Below, piece after piece: positions 38,700 through 48,737 of a stretch of 55,656 nt of DNA; positions within the stretch are counted from its first letter, which is position 1; every line of letters starts with the position of its first letter. The translations under genes and the position numbers were made by a program. The stretch is from the NCBI GenBank assembly GCA_937892345.1, contig CALAGF010000377.1:1-55656 (forward strand). The letters are read 5' to 3'. The notes beneath the pieces are model-generated. The model saw nothing but the letters and a program-made list of their open reading frames with translations. It was not told where the DNA came from and searched no databases. Source of the DNA: an uncultured Rhodocyclaceae bacterium. GTDB lineage: Bacteria; Pseudomonadota; Gammaproteobacteria; Burkholderiales; Rhodocyclaceae.

Positions 38700-39746
38700 A
38701 TGCTATATCCACTGATTAGAAAATTCTTCTTCGCCCTCGACGCCGAAACCGCTCATGGGATCGGCATGAAGGGTATTGACCTGATGCAGGCTGCCGGCCT
38801 CGGGTGTGCTGTTGCCAAGCCGGTAACACCTTGCCCCGTTGAAGTCATGGGCCTTAAATTCCCGAATCCGGTGGGCCTGGCTGCCGGTCTCGACAAAAAC
38901 GGCGACCACATTGACGGCCTCGCCAGACTGGGCTTCGGCTTCATCGAGATCGGGACAATCACGCCGCGGCCGCAGGACGGCAATCCCAAGCCCCGGCTGT
39001 TCCGTATTCCGGAAGCGCAAGGCATCATCAATCGCATGGGCTTCAACAATGCAGGGGTCGATGCACTGTTGGCCAATGTTCGTGCAGCGGAATTCCCCAA
39101 AAAGGGTGGCATCCTGGGGATCAACATCGGCAAAAACGCCAGCACCCCCATCGAAAAGGCTGCCGACGACTACTTGCTCTGCCTGGACAAGGTCTATAAC
39201 GACGCCAGCTACGTCACCGTCAATATTTCCTCGCCCAACACCAAAAATCTGCGCGAACTCCAAAAGGACGAAGCGCTGGATGACCTGCTGTCGCAACTCA
39301 AGGCAAAGCAGCTTGCGTTGGCAGATCAACATGGCAAGTACGTTCCGATGGCACTGAAGATCGCTCCCGACCTGGACGATACGCAGATCACGGCGATTGC
39401 AGATGCCTTGCGCCGCCACCGCTTCGATGCGGTCATCGCCACCAACACCACGCTGTCCCGGGAAGGTGTCGAAGGTCTGCCCAACGGCGCCGAGACAGGG
39501 GGCCTTTCCGGCAAACCTGTCTTTGAAAAATCCACCTTGGTGCAGCGCAAATTGGCGACCGCGCTGGCTGGCGAACTGCCAATCATCGGCGTCGGCGGCA
39601 TCATGGGTGGCGAAGATGCTGCTGAAAAAATCCGTGCCGGGGCCAGCCTCGTCCAGTTTTATAGTGGGTTCATCTATCGCGGCCCCGATCTGGTGGCCGA
39701 AGTGGCTGAAACGCTTTCCCAGATTCTCAGGAAGAAAACCGTATAA
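38700..39746 (+). CDS. pyrD: Quinone-dependent dihydroorotate dehydrogenase
   Basis: [44 protein letters not shown]; start MLYPL at 38700, with TAAAAT 10 nt upstream. Confidence 0.97.
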   Translation: MLYPLIRKFFFALDAETAHGIGMKGIDLMQAAGLGCAVAKPVTPCPVEVMGLKFPNPVGLAAGLDKNGDHIDGLARLGFGFIEIGTITPRPQDGNPKPRLFRIPEAQGIINRMGFNNAGVDALLANVRAAEFPKKGGILGINIGKNASTPIEKAADDYLLCLDKVYNDASYVTVNISSPNTKNLRELQKDEALDDLLSQLKAKQLALADQHGKYVPMALKIAPDLDDTQITAIADALRRHRFDAVIATNTTLSREGVEGLPNGAETGGLSGKPVFEKSTLVQRKLATALAGELPIIGVGGIMGGEDAAEKIRAGASLVQFYSGFIYRGPDLVAEVAETLSQILRKKTV

Positions 39747-39818
39747 AGCCATAAGCCGGGCGCGGTTGTTTGCACTGCAACAAAGTCCGATAATACGCGC
39801 CCCAAGCTAGTCAAATCT

Positions 39819-40403
39819 ATGAGCCATTACTTATTCATCCTTGTCGGCGCGGTGCTGGTCAACAACGTCGTACTGGTGAAGATCCTCGGTCTTTGCCCCT
39901 TCATGGGCGTCTCCAAGAAACTGGAAACCGCGTATGGCATGGGGGCTGCCACGACCTTCGTGCTCACGCTGGCAACCGGCTCAAGTTACATCATTGATCA
40001 TTTCCTGCTCATGCCCTTCGGGCTGGAATACCTGCGCACACTCTCCTTTATCGTCACTATTGCAGCCATTGTGCAGTTGACTGAGATGGTGATTGCCAAA
40101 ACTTCGCCTTCGCTGCAACAGACACTGGGTATCTATTTGCCGCTGATCACGACTAATTGTGCCGTTCTCGGTGTCCCGCTGCTCAATGTCGCGCTGGGTT
40201 ACAACTTTGTCGACTCCCTGCTGTTCGGCGCGGGAAGTGCCATTGGCTTCTCGCTAGTCCTGATTCTTTTTGCCGGCATTCGCGAACGTATCGAAGGCGC
40301 TGAAGTGCCCGTCCATTTTCGCGGTGCGGCGATCGCAATGATTACTGCCGGCCTGATGGCACTCGCCTTCATGGGCTTTGCCGGTCTGGACAAGTACCAG
40401 TAA
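39819..40403 (+). CDS. rsxA: Rnf/Rsx complex subunit A
   Basis: [30 protein letters not shown]. Confidence 0.96.
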   Translation: MSHYLFILVGAVLVNNVVLVKILGLCPFMGVSKKLETAYGMGAATTFVLTLATGSSYIIDHFLLMPFGLEYLRTLSFIVTIAAIVQLTEMVIAKTSPSLQQTLGIYLPLITTNCAVLGVPLLNVALGYNFVDSLLFGAGSAIGFSLVLILFAGIRERIEGAEVPVHFRGAAIAMITAGLMALAFMGFAGLDKYQ

Positions 40404-41005
40404 TGGATATCCTTCTCGCTATCCTGATCATGGCCCTTGGCGCCGTCGTACTTGGCGCGGCCTTGGGTTTTGCCTCAATCAAGTTCAAGGTTGAAGGCGA
40501 TCCGCTGGTCGAAAAAATCGAGGCGATTCTCCCGCAAACACAATGTGGGCAATGCGGTTACCCAGGGTGCAAGCCTTACGCAGAAGCCATCGCAAAAAGC
40601 GAATGCGATATCAACCTCTGCCCCCCCGGTGGCATGGAGGGGGTGCAGCGGCTTGCCGACTTGCTGGGCAAGGAAGTCAAGCCGCTCGATGCGGTAGAAA
40701 AACCCAAGCAGATTGCCATCATCGATGAAAACACCTGCATTGGCTGCACCCTCTGTATTCAGGCCTGCCCGGTCGACGCGATTGTTGGCGCTGCCAAACA
40801 GATGCACACCATCATCAGCCAGCAATGTACGGGTTGCGAACTTTGCCTCCCGCCCTGCCCCGTGGAATGCATTCGCATGGAAGCAATTCCGGAAACACTG
40901 GACAACTGGAAGTGGAAATACCCGGTGATCCAGATTCAGGCCAAGGCAATGTCCGCTGCAAGCCCCCTGAAAGACGGTGCCGATGGCATCAAGGAAGCTG
41001 TCTGA
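40403..41005 (+). CDS. rsxB: Rnf/Rsx complex subunit B (Fe-S)
   Basis: [43 protein letters not shown]. Confidence 0.96.
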   Translation: MDILLAILIMALGAVVLGAALGFASIKFKVEGDPLVEKIEAILPQTQCGQCGYPGCKPYAEAIAKSECDINLCPPGGMEGVQRLADLLGKEVKPLDAVEKPKQIAIIDENTCIGCTLCIQACPVDAIVGAAKQMHTIISQQCTGCELCLPPCPVECIRMEAIPETLDNWKWKYPVIQIQAKAMSAASPLKDGADGIKEAV

Positions 41006-42723
41006 TGCTGCTCGATCTTTTCAAGTTCAAGGGTGGGGTCAAGCCACCATCCAACAAGACACAATCGAATACGCAGCCGATTGCCAGCGCCCCTTTGCCT
41101 TCGCGCCTTGTGGTCCCACTCCACCAAAGTATCGGCGGTACGCCACGGCCCCTGGTTCAGGCAGGAGATATCGTACTCAAGGGACAAATGATCGGCGAGG
41201 CCGACGGCTGGGTGTCAGCTGCCGTCCACGCACCGACTTCTGGCACGGTCGTGGAGATTGGCATGTATGCCCAGCCACACCAGTCCGGTCTGACGGCAAA
41301 GTGCGTGGTCATCGTACCTGATGGTGCCGATCGCTGGATTGAACGTCAGCCCTTTGATTACGCCAACGCAAGCCCGGAAGCCACTCGGCAGTACCTCCAA
41401 CAATCCGGCGTTGTCGGTCTGGGCGGCGCTGTTTTCCCGACGCACGGCAAACTGACCCCATCGCGCACCGTGCCGATGGATGAACTGGTCATCAATGGCG
41501 CCGAATGCGAACCTTACATTACCTGCGATGATCGTTTGATGCGCGAACGCGCCGACGAAATCGTCAAGGGCATCGGGGTATTCAGAGACCTGTTACGCCC
41601 CCGAAAGGTTCTGATCGGCATCGAGGACAACAAGCCGGAAGCTGCTGCAGCCATGCGCTTGGCCATTGAGGCCGCAGGTGAAAATTTCCAGGTCATCGAG
41701 GTGCCAACCCGTTATCCCGCAGGTGGTGCCAAGCAGTTGATTCGCGTACTCACCGGCAAGGAAGTCCCGGCATCGAAGCGTTCCACCGATCTCGGCGTCC
41801 AATGTTTCAATGTCGCTACCGCTTACACTGCGTGGCGTGCCATCGCGCATGGCGAACCTGTCGTGTCGCGTATCGTGACCTTGACCGGCAATGTCGCTCA
41901 ACCCTGCAATTACGAGGTGCTTATCGGTACCCCGATGGACGAACTGCTGGCACTCGCACACCCCCACCCGGATACGGACGGCATCATCATGGGCGGCCCG
42001 ATGATGGGCTTTCTGCTACCCGACGAGCAGGCCCCCGTGGTGAAGGCGAGCAATTGTCTGATTGCCCACTCGGAACGCCTGTTTCCGCCCAAGGCACCGG
42101 AAATGCCCTGCATTCGCTGCGGTGCCTGTGCAACTGCCTGTCCTCACGAACTGCAACCCTTCGAGCTTTACTGGCATTCGCGTGCCAAGGACTTCGGCAA
42201 AACGCAGCAATACAAGATATTCGACTGCATCGAGTGTGGCTGTTGCTCTTTTGTATGTCCGTCACGCATTCCGCTGGTTCAATACTTCCGTTTTGCCAAA
42301 AGCGAAATCTGGGCCCGGGAACGCGAGAAAAAATCGGCGGAAGACGCTAAAAACCGTTTTGAGTTCAAGCAGTTCCGCGAGGAACGAGAAAAATCCGAGA
42401 AAGCCGAGAAGCTGGCCAAGGCAGCGGCTGCTCAAGCAGCGAAAAAAGCAGCTGAAGCGGCAGTGGCTAATCCCGCCTCTGACCTCCAGCCGGTAGCCGA
42501 TGCCAGCACTCAGGAAACAACGGTCGACGCCGCTGCAGATGCAAAAAAGGCGGCCATCGCCGCTGCCATGGCGCGAGCTAAAGCCCAGCGTGAAACTGCT
42601 CGACCGAAAAACACCGATGAACTGACGCCCGAGCAAGCAAAAACCCTGGCCGAAATAGACACTCGCCGCGAAACCGCCGGTATTGCCGGCGCACCGGCCA
42701 ACAGCGAATCCGAGAATCCATGA
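41005..42723 (+). CDS. rsxC: Rnf/Rsx complex subunit C
   Basis: HAPTSG, GLGGAVFPT, NGAECEPYIT, GGPMMG, CIRCGAC, CIECGCC; start ATG 41005. Confidence 0.95.
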   Translation: MLLDLFKFKGGVKPPSNKTQSNTQPIASAPLPSRLVVPLHQSIGGTPRPLVQAGDIVLKGQMIGEADGWVSAAVHAPTSGTVVEIGMYAQPHQSGLTAKCVVIVPDGADRWIERQPFDYANASPEATRQYLQQSGVVGLGGAVFPTHGKLTPSRTVPMDELVINGAECEPYITCDDRLMRERADEIVKGIGVFRDLLRPRKVLIGIEDNKPEAAAAMRLAIEAAGENFQVIEVPTRYPAGGAKQLIRVLTGKEVPASKRSTDLGVQCFNVATAYTAWRAIAHGEPVVSRIVTLTGNVAQPCNYEVLIGTPMDELLALAHPHPDTDGIIMGGPMMGFLLPDEQAPVVKASNCLIAHSERLFPPKAPEMPCIRCGACATACPHELQPFELYWHSRAKDFGKTQQYKIFDCIECGCCSFVCPSRIPLVQYFRFAKSEIWAREREKKSAEDAKNRFEFKQFREEREKSEKAEKLAKAAAAQAAKKAAEAAVANPASDLQPVADASTQETTVDAAADAKKAAIAAAMARAKAQRETARPKNTDELTPEQAKTLAEIDTRRETAGIAGAPANSESENP

Positions 42724-43739
42724 TGTTTGCCCCAGCACCTTATCTGCTCAAGGATGCCAGCGTCAGCCAAGTCATGACCCAGGTATGTCTCGCCCTGGTT
42801 CCGGGCATCGCAGTCTATGCCTGGCTGGTCGGCCCTGCCATTCTGGTTCAGCTGGTGATTGCCTCCTTGAGTGCGATCGCCGCCGAAGCCCTGATGCTCA
42901 AACTGCGCGGCAAGCCGCTGGCAATGTTTCTATCCGATGGTTCGGCCATCGTGACTGCCTGGCTGATTGCCCTGACTTTTCCCCCGCTTGCACCGTGGTG
43001 GCTGGTTGTGACCGGAACGGCTTTCGCCATCGTTGTCGCCAAACATCTGTATGGCGGACTTGGGCAAAACCCTTTCAACCCGGCGATGGTTGCCTTTGCC
43101 GTTTGCATCGTCTCCTTCCCCGCCTTGATGTCGCAATGGCCAAGCGTCGGTCTCAAGATGCCCTTGATTGACCAGGTGAACTACATTCTCGGACTTGCAG
43201 AACGTGTCGATATCCTTTCCGGTGCGACGCCGCTGGATTCGATGAAAACGGCGCTCAAGCTGGGAGAGGGGCAGATCGACATCGCCCATTTACTGGCCAA
43301 TCAGGACATTTACGGCAACTTTGCCGGTCGCGGCTGGGAATGGGTGGCTGGCGGCTATCTGCTGGGTGGTCTGTGGCTGTGGCAACGCAAATTGATCAGC
43401 TGGCATGCCCCAACTGCCTTCATTTTGTCCATTGTGGCCATCTCCGGGGCGCTCTGGCTTTATCGTCCGGAATTTTTCGCCAGCCCGATTTTCCATCTGC
43501 TCTCAGGCGGCACCATGTTGGGTGCGTTTTTCATTATTACCGACCCGGTATCCGGATGCACGACGCCGCGCGGCAAACTCCTGTTTGGCGCTGGCGCAGG
43601 CCTCCTCGCCTACGTCATCCGGGTCTTTGGTGGATATCCCGATGGCGTCGCCTTCGCCGTGCTGCTGATGAATCTCTCCGCACCGGTCATCGACCTGCTC
43701 ACCCAGCCAAGAATTTTTGGCATGAAGGACAAGGCATGA
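42720..43739 (+). CDS. rsxD: Rnf/Rsx complex subunit D
   Basis: KHLYGGLGQNPFNPAM, FMN site SGATPL, TDPVS, GGYPDG. Confidence 0.95.
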   Translation: MMFAPAPYLLKDASVSQVMTQVCLALVPGIAVYAWLVGPAILVQLVIASLSAIAAEALMLKLRGKPLAMFLSDGSAIVTAWLIALTFPPLAPWWLVVTGTAFAIVVAKHLYGGLGQNPFNPAMVAFAVCIVSFPALMSQWPSVGLKMPLIDQVNYILGLAERVDILSGATPLDSMKTALKLGEGQIDIAHLLANQDIYGNFAGRGWEWVAGGYLLGGLWLWQRKLISWHAPTAFILSIVAISGALWLYRPEFFASPIFHLLSGGTMLGAFFIITDPVSGCTTPRGKLLFGAGAGLLAYVIRVFGGYPDGVAFAVLLMNLSAPVIDLLTQPRIFGMKDKA

Positions 43740-44395
43740 GCGCTGCGCCTCAATTCACAGCCTCCAGAATGGCAGTGCGAACGGCCGCCATCCTCTTTGT
43801 CTTCGTTATCGTCTTTACCGGGCTACTCTCTGCTGCTTATAAATGGACGAAGCCATCGATCGATGCCTCGGCCTTGGAAGAGAAGATGAAGCTGCTCAAC
43901 GATGTGCTACCGGCAGCAGACTACGACAATGCCTTGATCGATGACACCATCCAACTGCCGCCAACCGAGGAACTTGGCCTGCCGGAATCCACCACGATCT
44001 ATCGCGCACGCAAACAGGGAGATCCGGTAGCCCTCATTTTCGAGGCGGTAGCCCCTGATGGCTACGCCGGCAACATCAAGTTGCTGATCGCACTTCGCGC
44101 CGACGGCAGTATTGCCGGCGTACGCGTCACTCAGCACAAGGAAACCCCCGGACTGGGCGACTATATTGATCCGCGCAAGGACAAGAACAAGGCCGGCCCA
44201 TGGATCAACCAATTTGTCGGACGCTCCCTGGCCAACACCACGGAGAAAGCTTGGCGCGTGCGCAAGGACGGCGGACAGATTGACTTCCATGCAGGCGCCA
44301 CCATCAGTGCGCGAGCGATCGCCAAGGCGGTACGCAAGGCAGTCCAATGGGCCAATGGCGAACGTGATCGTCTGTTTTTGGAGAAAAAGCCATGA
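43736..44395 (+). CDS. rsxG: Rnf/Rsx complex subunit G
   Basis: APDGYAG.I, HKETPGLGD, FMN site AGATIS; start ATG 43736. Confidence 0.93.
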   Translation: MSAAPQFTASRMAVRTAAILFVFVIVFTGLLSAAYKWTKPSIDASALEEKMKLLNDVLPAADYDNALIDDTIQLPPTEELGLPESTTIYRARKQGDPVALIFEAVAPDGYAGNIKLLIALRADGSIAGVRVTQHKETPGLGDYIDPRKDKNKAGPWINQFVGRSLANTTEKAWRVRKDGGQIDFHAGATISARAIAKAVRKAVQWANGERDRLFLEKKP

Positions 44396-45078
44396 CTCGC
44401 GAAGAATTCACCACGATCGCCAGAAACGGCCTCTGGAAACAGAACACATCCATTGTTCAGATCCTGGGTCTGTGCCCTTTGCTGGCAACGACGACAAATG
44501 CCGTCAATGGCGTCATGCTCTCGTTGGCAACAATCGTCGTCATGGCAATATCCAACTTCGCTGTCGCGTCTCTGAGGCATGTGATTCCTCACGAAATTCG
44601 CATACCGGTGTTCATTCTGATTGTCGCCGCACTGGTGACAGTGGTTGACCTGCTGTTTAATGCCAACTTGCATGAACTCTATCTCGTGCTCGGCATCTTC
44701 ATCCCGCTGATTGTCACCAACTGCATCGTGCTTGCGCGTGTTGAGGCGTTTGCAGCCAAAAACTCCCCGCTTCGCTCAACGCTCGACGGCGTATTTATGG
44801 GTCTGGGCATGCTTTGGACACTGGGTTTGCTAGGTGCCTTGCGGGAGTTTCTAGGGAATGGAACCCTTCTCGGCGGCATTGACATGGTTTTCCCCAGCCT
44901 GCACCCGATCCAGTTGCTGCCGGAAAACTACCCTGGCTTTCTGCTGGGGATGTTGCCTCCCGGGGCATTCATTCTGCTCGGATGCATGATTGCCTGGAAG
45001 AACTGGATGGATGCCCGTGCTGTGGAACGGGCGCGCCAGAAGCCACCGATGCCGGTGGAAGCACTTGGCTGTCACTAA
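44392..45078 (+). CDS. rsxE: Rnf/Rsx complex subunit E
   Basis: LGLCPLLA, EIRIP, GIFIPLIVTNC, LPPGAF. Confidence 0.95.
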   Translation: MTREEFTTIARNGLWKQNTSIVQILGLCPLLATTTNAVNGVMLSLATIVVMAISNFAVASLRHVIPHEIRIPVFILIVAALVTVVDLLFNANLHELYLVLGIFIPLIVTNCIVLARVEAFAAKNSPLRSTLDGVFMGLGMLWTLGLLGALREFLGNGTLLGGIDMVFPSLHPIQLLPENYPGFLLGMLPPGAFILLGCMIAWKNWMDARAVERARQKPPMPVEALGCH

Positions 45079-45105
45079 GCCAGCCAGTTCACCGTTTGGC
45101 TGTTG

Positions 45106-46173
45106 ATGCGCATCGACGAATTTTGCCAGTCCCTGCAGCGACTGGGTGCCAAGCAAGCGCATATTGATCGCATCCTGCGCGCATGGCTTCAAGCCAAGCC
45201 GCTTGATGCCGGCTCGCGCCGTCAGGCAGCAGAGAATTTTCTTCCTTTGCAGGTTCGTGCGGCACTTCCCGATTTATCGCTGCGCCTGGACAAAGTTGCC
45301 CGTGTGCTCTCCGAACATCCCGGAGAAGAAGGTGCACGCCTGCTGGTCGAACTCGCTGATGGCCAAACTGTGGAAAGCGTCTTGCTTCCTCGGGACGGCG
45401 TGTGCATCTCAAGTCAGATCGGCTGTGCCGTGGGCTGCTCATTTTGCATGACCGGCAAACAAGGTCTGCTACGCCAGGTGAGTAGCGCCGAGATGATTGC
45501 GCAAGTGGTGATTGCTCGCGCCAGACGTCCGGTCCGGCGCGTGGTCTTCATGGGCATGGGTGAACCTTCCCACAACCTCGAACAGGTACTTGAGGCAATC
45601 GATTTGCTGGGCACAGCCGGCGGTATCGGACACAAGAATCTGGTTTTTTCCACTGTGGGGGATTTGCGTGTTTTTGAGCGTTTACCGCAACAACGGGTTG
45701 TCCCTGCGCTGGCGATTTCACTGCACAGTTCGAATCCGGAACTAAGGGCCTCCCTGCTGCCAAGAGCCGCGCCCATTTCACCGGACGCTCTGGTTGAACT
45801 GGCCGAAAGCTATGCCCGAGCCACCGGCTATCCGATTCAGTACCAATGGACCCTGATCGAAGGCATCAACGACAGCGATGCGGAAATGGATGGCATCGTC
45901 CGCTTGCTGAGCGGCAAATACGCGATCATGAATTTGATCCCCTACAACGAAACCGCGTCGCTTTCCTTCCGGCGCCCGAGTCTTCAGCACCTCACAGCCT
46001 TTGCCCGCGGCTTGCACGCACGCGGCATCCGAACCACAGTGCGCAACTCGGTCGGACAGGATGTCGACGGTGGCTGCGGCCAGCTCCGTGCTCGCCAGCT
46101 TGATGGCAGTACGGCACCGGCCAGATTGCGCCGCAGCGATCAAATTCAGCGGGTGGACGTACCCAGCTCCTGA
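45106..46173 (+). CDS. RlmN/Cfr-family radical SAM RNA methyltransferase paralog
   Basis: VESV, CISSQIGCAVGCSFC, FMGMGEP, SLH, NLIPYN, GGCGQL. Confidence 0.85.
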   Translation: MRIDEFCQSLQRLGAKQAHIDRILRAWLQAKPLDAGSRRQAAENFLPLQVRAALPDLSLRLDKVARVLSEHPGEEGARLLVELADGQTVESVLLPRDGVCISSQIGCAVGCSFCMTGKQGLLRQVSSAEMIAQVVIARARRPVRRVVFMGMGEPSHNLEQVLEAIDLLGTAGGIGHKNLVFSTVGDLRVFERLPQQRVVPALAISLHSSNPELRASLLPRAAPISPDALVELAESYARATGYPIQYQWTLIEGINDSDAEMDGIVRLLSGKYAIMNLIPYNETASLSFRRPSLQHLTAFARGLHARGIRTTVRNSVGQDVDGGCGQLRARQLDGSTAPARLRRSDQIQRVDVPSS

Positions 46174-48737
46174 TTCAGGAGCAGATGTCCCATTTCTTCC
46201 GCGCCCTGCGGTCGACCGAAGAGATAGCCCTGAAACTGATCGCAACCGTGTTCGGCCAAATAGCGGCTCTGAATTTCGTTTTCAACGCCTTCGGCGATCA
46301 CCACCAGATCCAGTTCGTGGGCCATCGCGATGATGGCTGAGGCAAGCCTCACGGTTTCACCGTGCTCACCGATCTGACTCACGAAGGCGCGGTCAATCTT
46401 CAGCGATTGCACTGGAAACTGGTGCAGGTAGCTCAGTGAGGAATAACCGGTGCCGAAATCGTCGATCGCCACATGTATGTGCATTTTTTGCAGCTTCTGC
46501 AGGATTTCGGCAGCACTGCTGGCGTTGCGCATCAGCAATGACTCGGTCAATTCAAGCTCGATCAATTGGGGAGGAATACCGTATTCGCCAAGTAAATGGG
46601 CGATCATCGCCGGCAAATCCTGACGGGCAAACTGGTGGGCAGAAATATTGACGGCAATCGGAACGACCAACAGGCCGGCATCGAGCCAGGCACGCTGCTG
46701 AGCGCAAACCGTTCGCAGCGCCCATTCGCCAAACGCATTGATCAGGCCGTTCTCCTCGGCGAGCGGAATAAATCTGACCGGTGGCACCATGCCATGATCC
46801 CGATGGCGCCAGCGCATCAGCGCCTCGGCACCGACCAAATCACCGGTCTTGGCGCACACTTTGGGCTGATAGTGCAGCAGCAACTCTTCCCGCTCAAGCG
46901 CACCGAAAAGATCATTTTCCAGCAACAACTCGCCCAGCGAGGCGGTATTGATTTCAGCAGAGAAGAAGCGCCAGGTATTGCGCCCCTCATCTTTAGCGCG
47001 ATACATCGCAGCATCTGCCTTGCGCAATAACTCCGAGCCAGTTTCGCCGTCCTCCGGATAGAGGGCGATACCGGCGCTGCCGCTGACCGTCAACTCATGG
47101 CCCGCGAGCAAATAGGGTTGGCATAGTGCCGCCAGCAGCTTGCGTGCAATATGCGCCGCATCCTGCCGATGCACGAGCTCCGGCAAAACCACCACAAATT
47201 CATCACCACCTTGGCGGCACAGGGTGTCGGCTTCGCGCAGCACCGACAGCCCCCGTTGAGCCGCCTGCACAAGCAGGCTGTCGCCGACTTCATGTCCCAG
47301 GGTGTCATTGATATTTTTGAAACGGTCGAGATCGACAAAGATGACTGCCATGGCACGCTTGGCGCGACGCGAATTCAGTATGCCCTGATTGATCCGGTCA
47401 TCGAGCAAAAGGCGGTTTGGCAAGCCGGTCAGCGCGTCATGATGGGCAAGGTGATGAATCCGGGCCTCGTTTTGCTTGCGCTCCGAGATATCGGTGAACA
47501 CCCCGATAAAATTGGTGGCACCACCATGCTCGTCGCGTACCGCAGAAATCGACAGCCACTCGGGGAAAATGCCACCATTTTTGCGCCGATTCCAGATCTC
47601 ACCCTGCCACTGCCCTTGCTCGCTCAGGTGCTGCCACATGTCACGATAAAAGGCTTCGCCTTGCCGACCGGAATTGAGGATGGCCGGCGTCTTGCCGATC
47701 ACCTCTTGCGGTGAATAACCCGTTATTTCGCAAAATGCCGGGTTGACCGCAACAATCCGGGCATCACCATCGGTAATCGTCATGCCTTCGCTGGCATTGG
47801 TGAACACCCGGCCATACAGTTGCAACTGACTTTCAGCGCGCTTCTGCGCTTCGTAGCGCTGAGCAAGATCGGTGTGAGCCGCACTCAGAGAACGGCGATC
47901 GCGTTCAATACGGAACAATGCATAAAGTACATAAGCCACAAGCAGCAAGGAAACGAGGTACAGCATGATGCGGAAATGACCGGCCGAATGCGCGGCTGCC
48001 TCATGGGCATCGTTGTACTCGCGCATGATTTCATCGTGCAGACTGGCTGTCGGTGCACGCATGATCTGCTGAACCAATCCATAAACCTGCGGACGCAATT
48101 CAATCACTTGTCGCGCATGAAGCAGCACTTGCCTCAAGGCACCATCGGCTGATCCGGCGTAGCTTTGACTTGCTTGGCGAGATAACTCTTCCATGAGCCG
48201 ATTCGCGTCTTCGGTCCGCGGACCCCGCTGAAATCCGAGCAGACGACGAACAAAGCGCTCGAAAGAGGAAACATCAGCCCCTTGCCGAGTTCCAAGGAAG
48301 GCCTCTGCTGCAAGCGGCAGATAAAGCTCTGAATTGCGCAGAATCGCATTGACTCGCTTGAAACGATCGATATTCAGATTTTTTTCTGCATACGCTTTTT
48401 CAAATGCGTCAACCCGACTCAACACAGCATCGCTATCCTCGTCGCTGAGGGCCTCCGGTACCTGCTGCAAACGAGCGATCGCCTCCTCGATCTGCTGGCC
48501 TTGATGGACCATGCCATCATAGTTTTGTGCGAGGTCTGCATAACTGGCGACCACCGCAGCATTCAGCAACACATCGGCCTGCTGGATATCACGCAGCGCA
48601 TGAATGTAGGCATAGTGCTCATCCGACGAAACCTCGTCGGTTTTAATAAACAGCCAGGTGACAAGGAGCGCCAGACCGACAATCACGGCACCATGCACCA
48701 GTTTTCGCAAAAAATCCTGAGACATCCCACGGGTCAT
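46146..48737 (-). CDS. Membrane sensor diguanylate cyclase/phosphodiesterase: TM, helical periplasmic (DAHL-like) domain, TM, PAS, GGDEF, EAL
   Basis: Two TM helices flanking a helical domain (NYD..V; FK..NAILRNSELYLP); PAS NPAFCEITGYS; GGDEF intact; EAL and DDFGTGYSS intact. Confidence 0.9.
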   Translation of the reverse strand: MTRGMSQDFLRKLVHGAVIVGLALLVTWLFIKTDEVSSDEHYAYIHALRDIQQADVLLNAAVVASYADLAQNYDGMVHQGQQIEEAIARLQQVPEALSDEDSDAVLSRVDAFEKAYAEKNLNIDRFKRVNAILRNSELYLPLAAEAFLGTRQGADVSSFERFVRRLLGFQRGPRTEDANRLMEELSRQASQSYAGSADGALRQVLLHARQVIELRPQVYGLVQQIMRAPTASLHDEIMREYNDAHEAAAHSAGHFRIMLYLVSLLLVAYVLYALFRIERDRRSLSAAHTDLAQRYEAQKRAESQLQLYGRVFTNASEGMTITDGDARIVAVNPAFCEITGYSPQEVIGKTPAILNSGRQGEAFYRDMWQHLSEQGQWQGEIWNRRKNGGIFPEWLSISAVRDEHGGATNFIGVFTDISERKQNEARIHHLAHHDALTGLPNRLLLDDRINQGILNSRRAKRAMAVIFVDLDRFKNINDTLGHEVGDSLLVQAAQRGLSVLREADTLCRQGGDEFVVVLPELVHRQDAAHIARKLLAALCQPYLLAGHELTVSGSAGIALYPEDGETGSELLRKADAAMYRAKDEGRNTWRFFSAEINTASLGELLLENDLFGALEREELLLHYQPKVCAKTGDLVGAEALMRWRHRDHGMVPPVRFIPLAEENGLINAFGEWALRTVCAQQRAWLDAGLLVVPIAVNISAHQFARQDLPAMIAHLLGEYGIPPQLIELELTESLLMRNASSAAEILQKLQKMHIHVAIDDFGTGYSSLSYLHQFPVQSLKIDRAFVSQIGEHGETVRLASAIIAMAHELDLVVIAEGVENEIQSRYLAEHGCDQFQGYLFGRPQGAEEMGHLLLNQELGTSTR

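Noticed and set aside
38703-39752. 349-aa antisense ORF spanning pyrD (similar cases at 14798-15967, 36130-37272 and 29745-30752)
   Set aside because: Shadow ORFs expected from GC-rich codon bias opposite well-conserved genes; no recognizable motifs.
44288-44305. RsxG FMN motif AGAT instead of S/TGAT
   Set aside because: The modified Thr is retained and this variant occurs in RnfG proteins; not evidence of inactivation.
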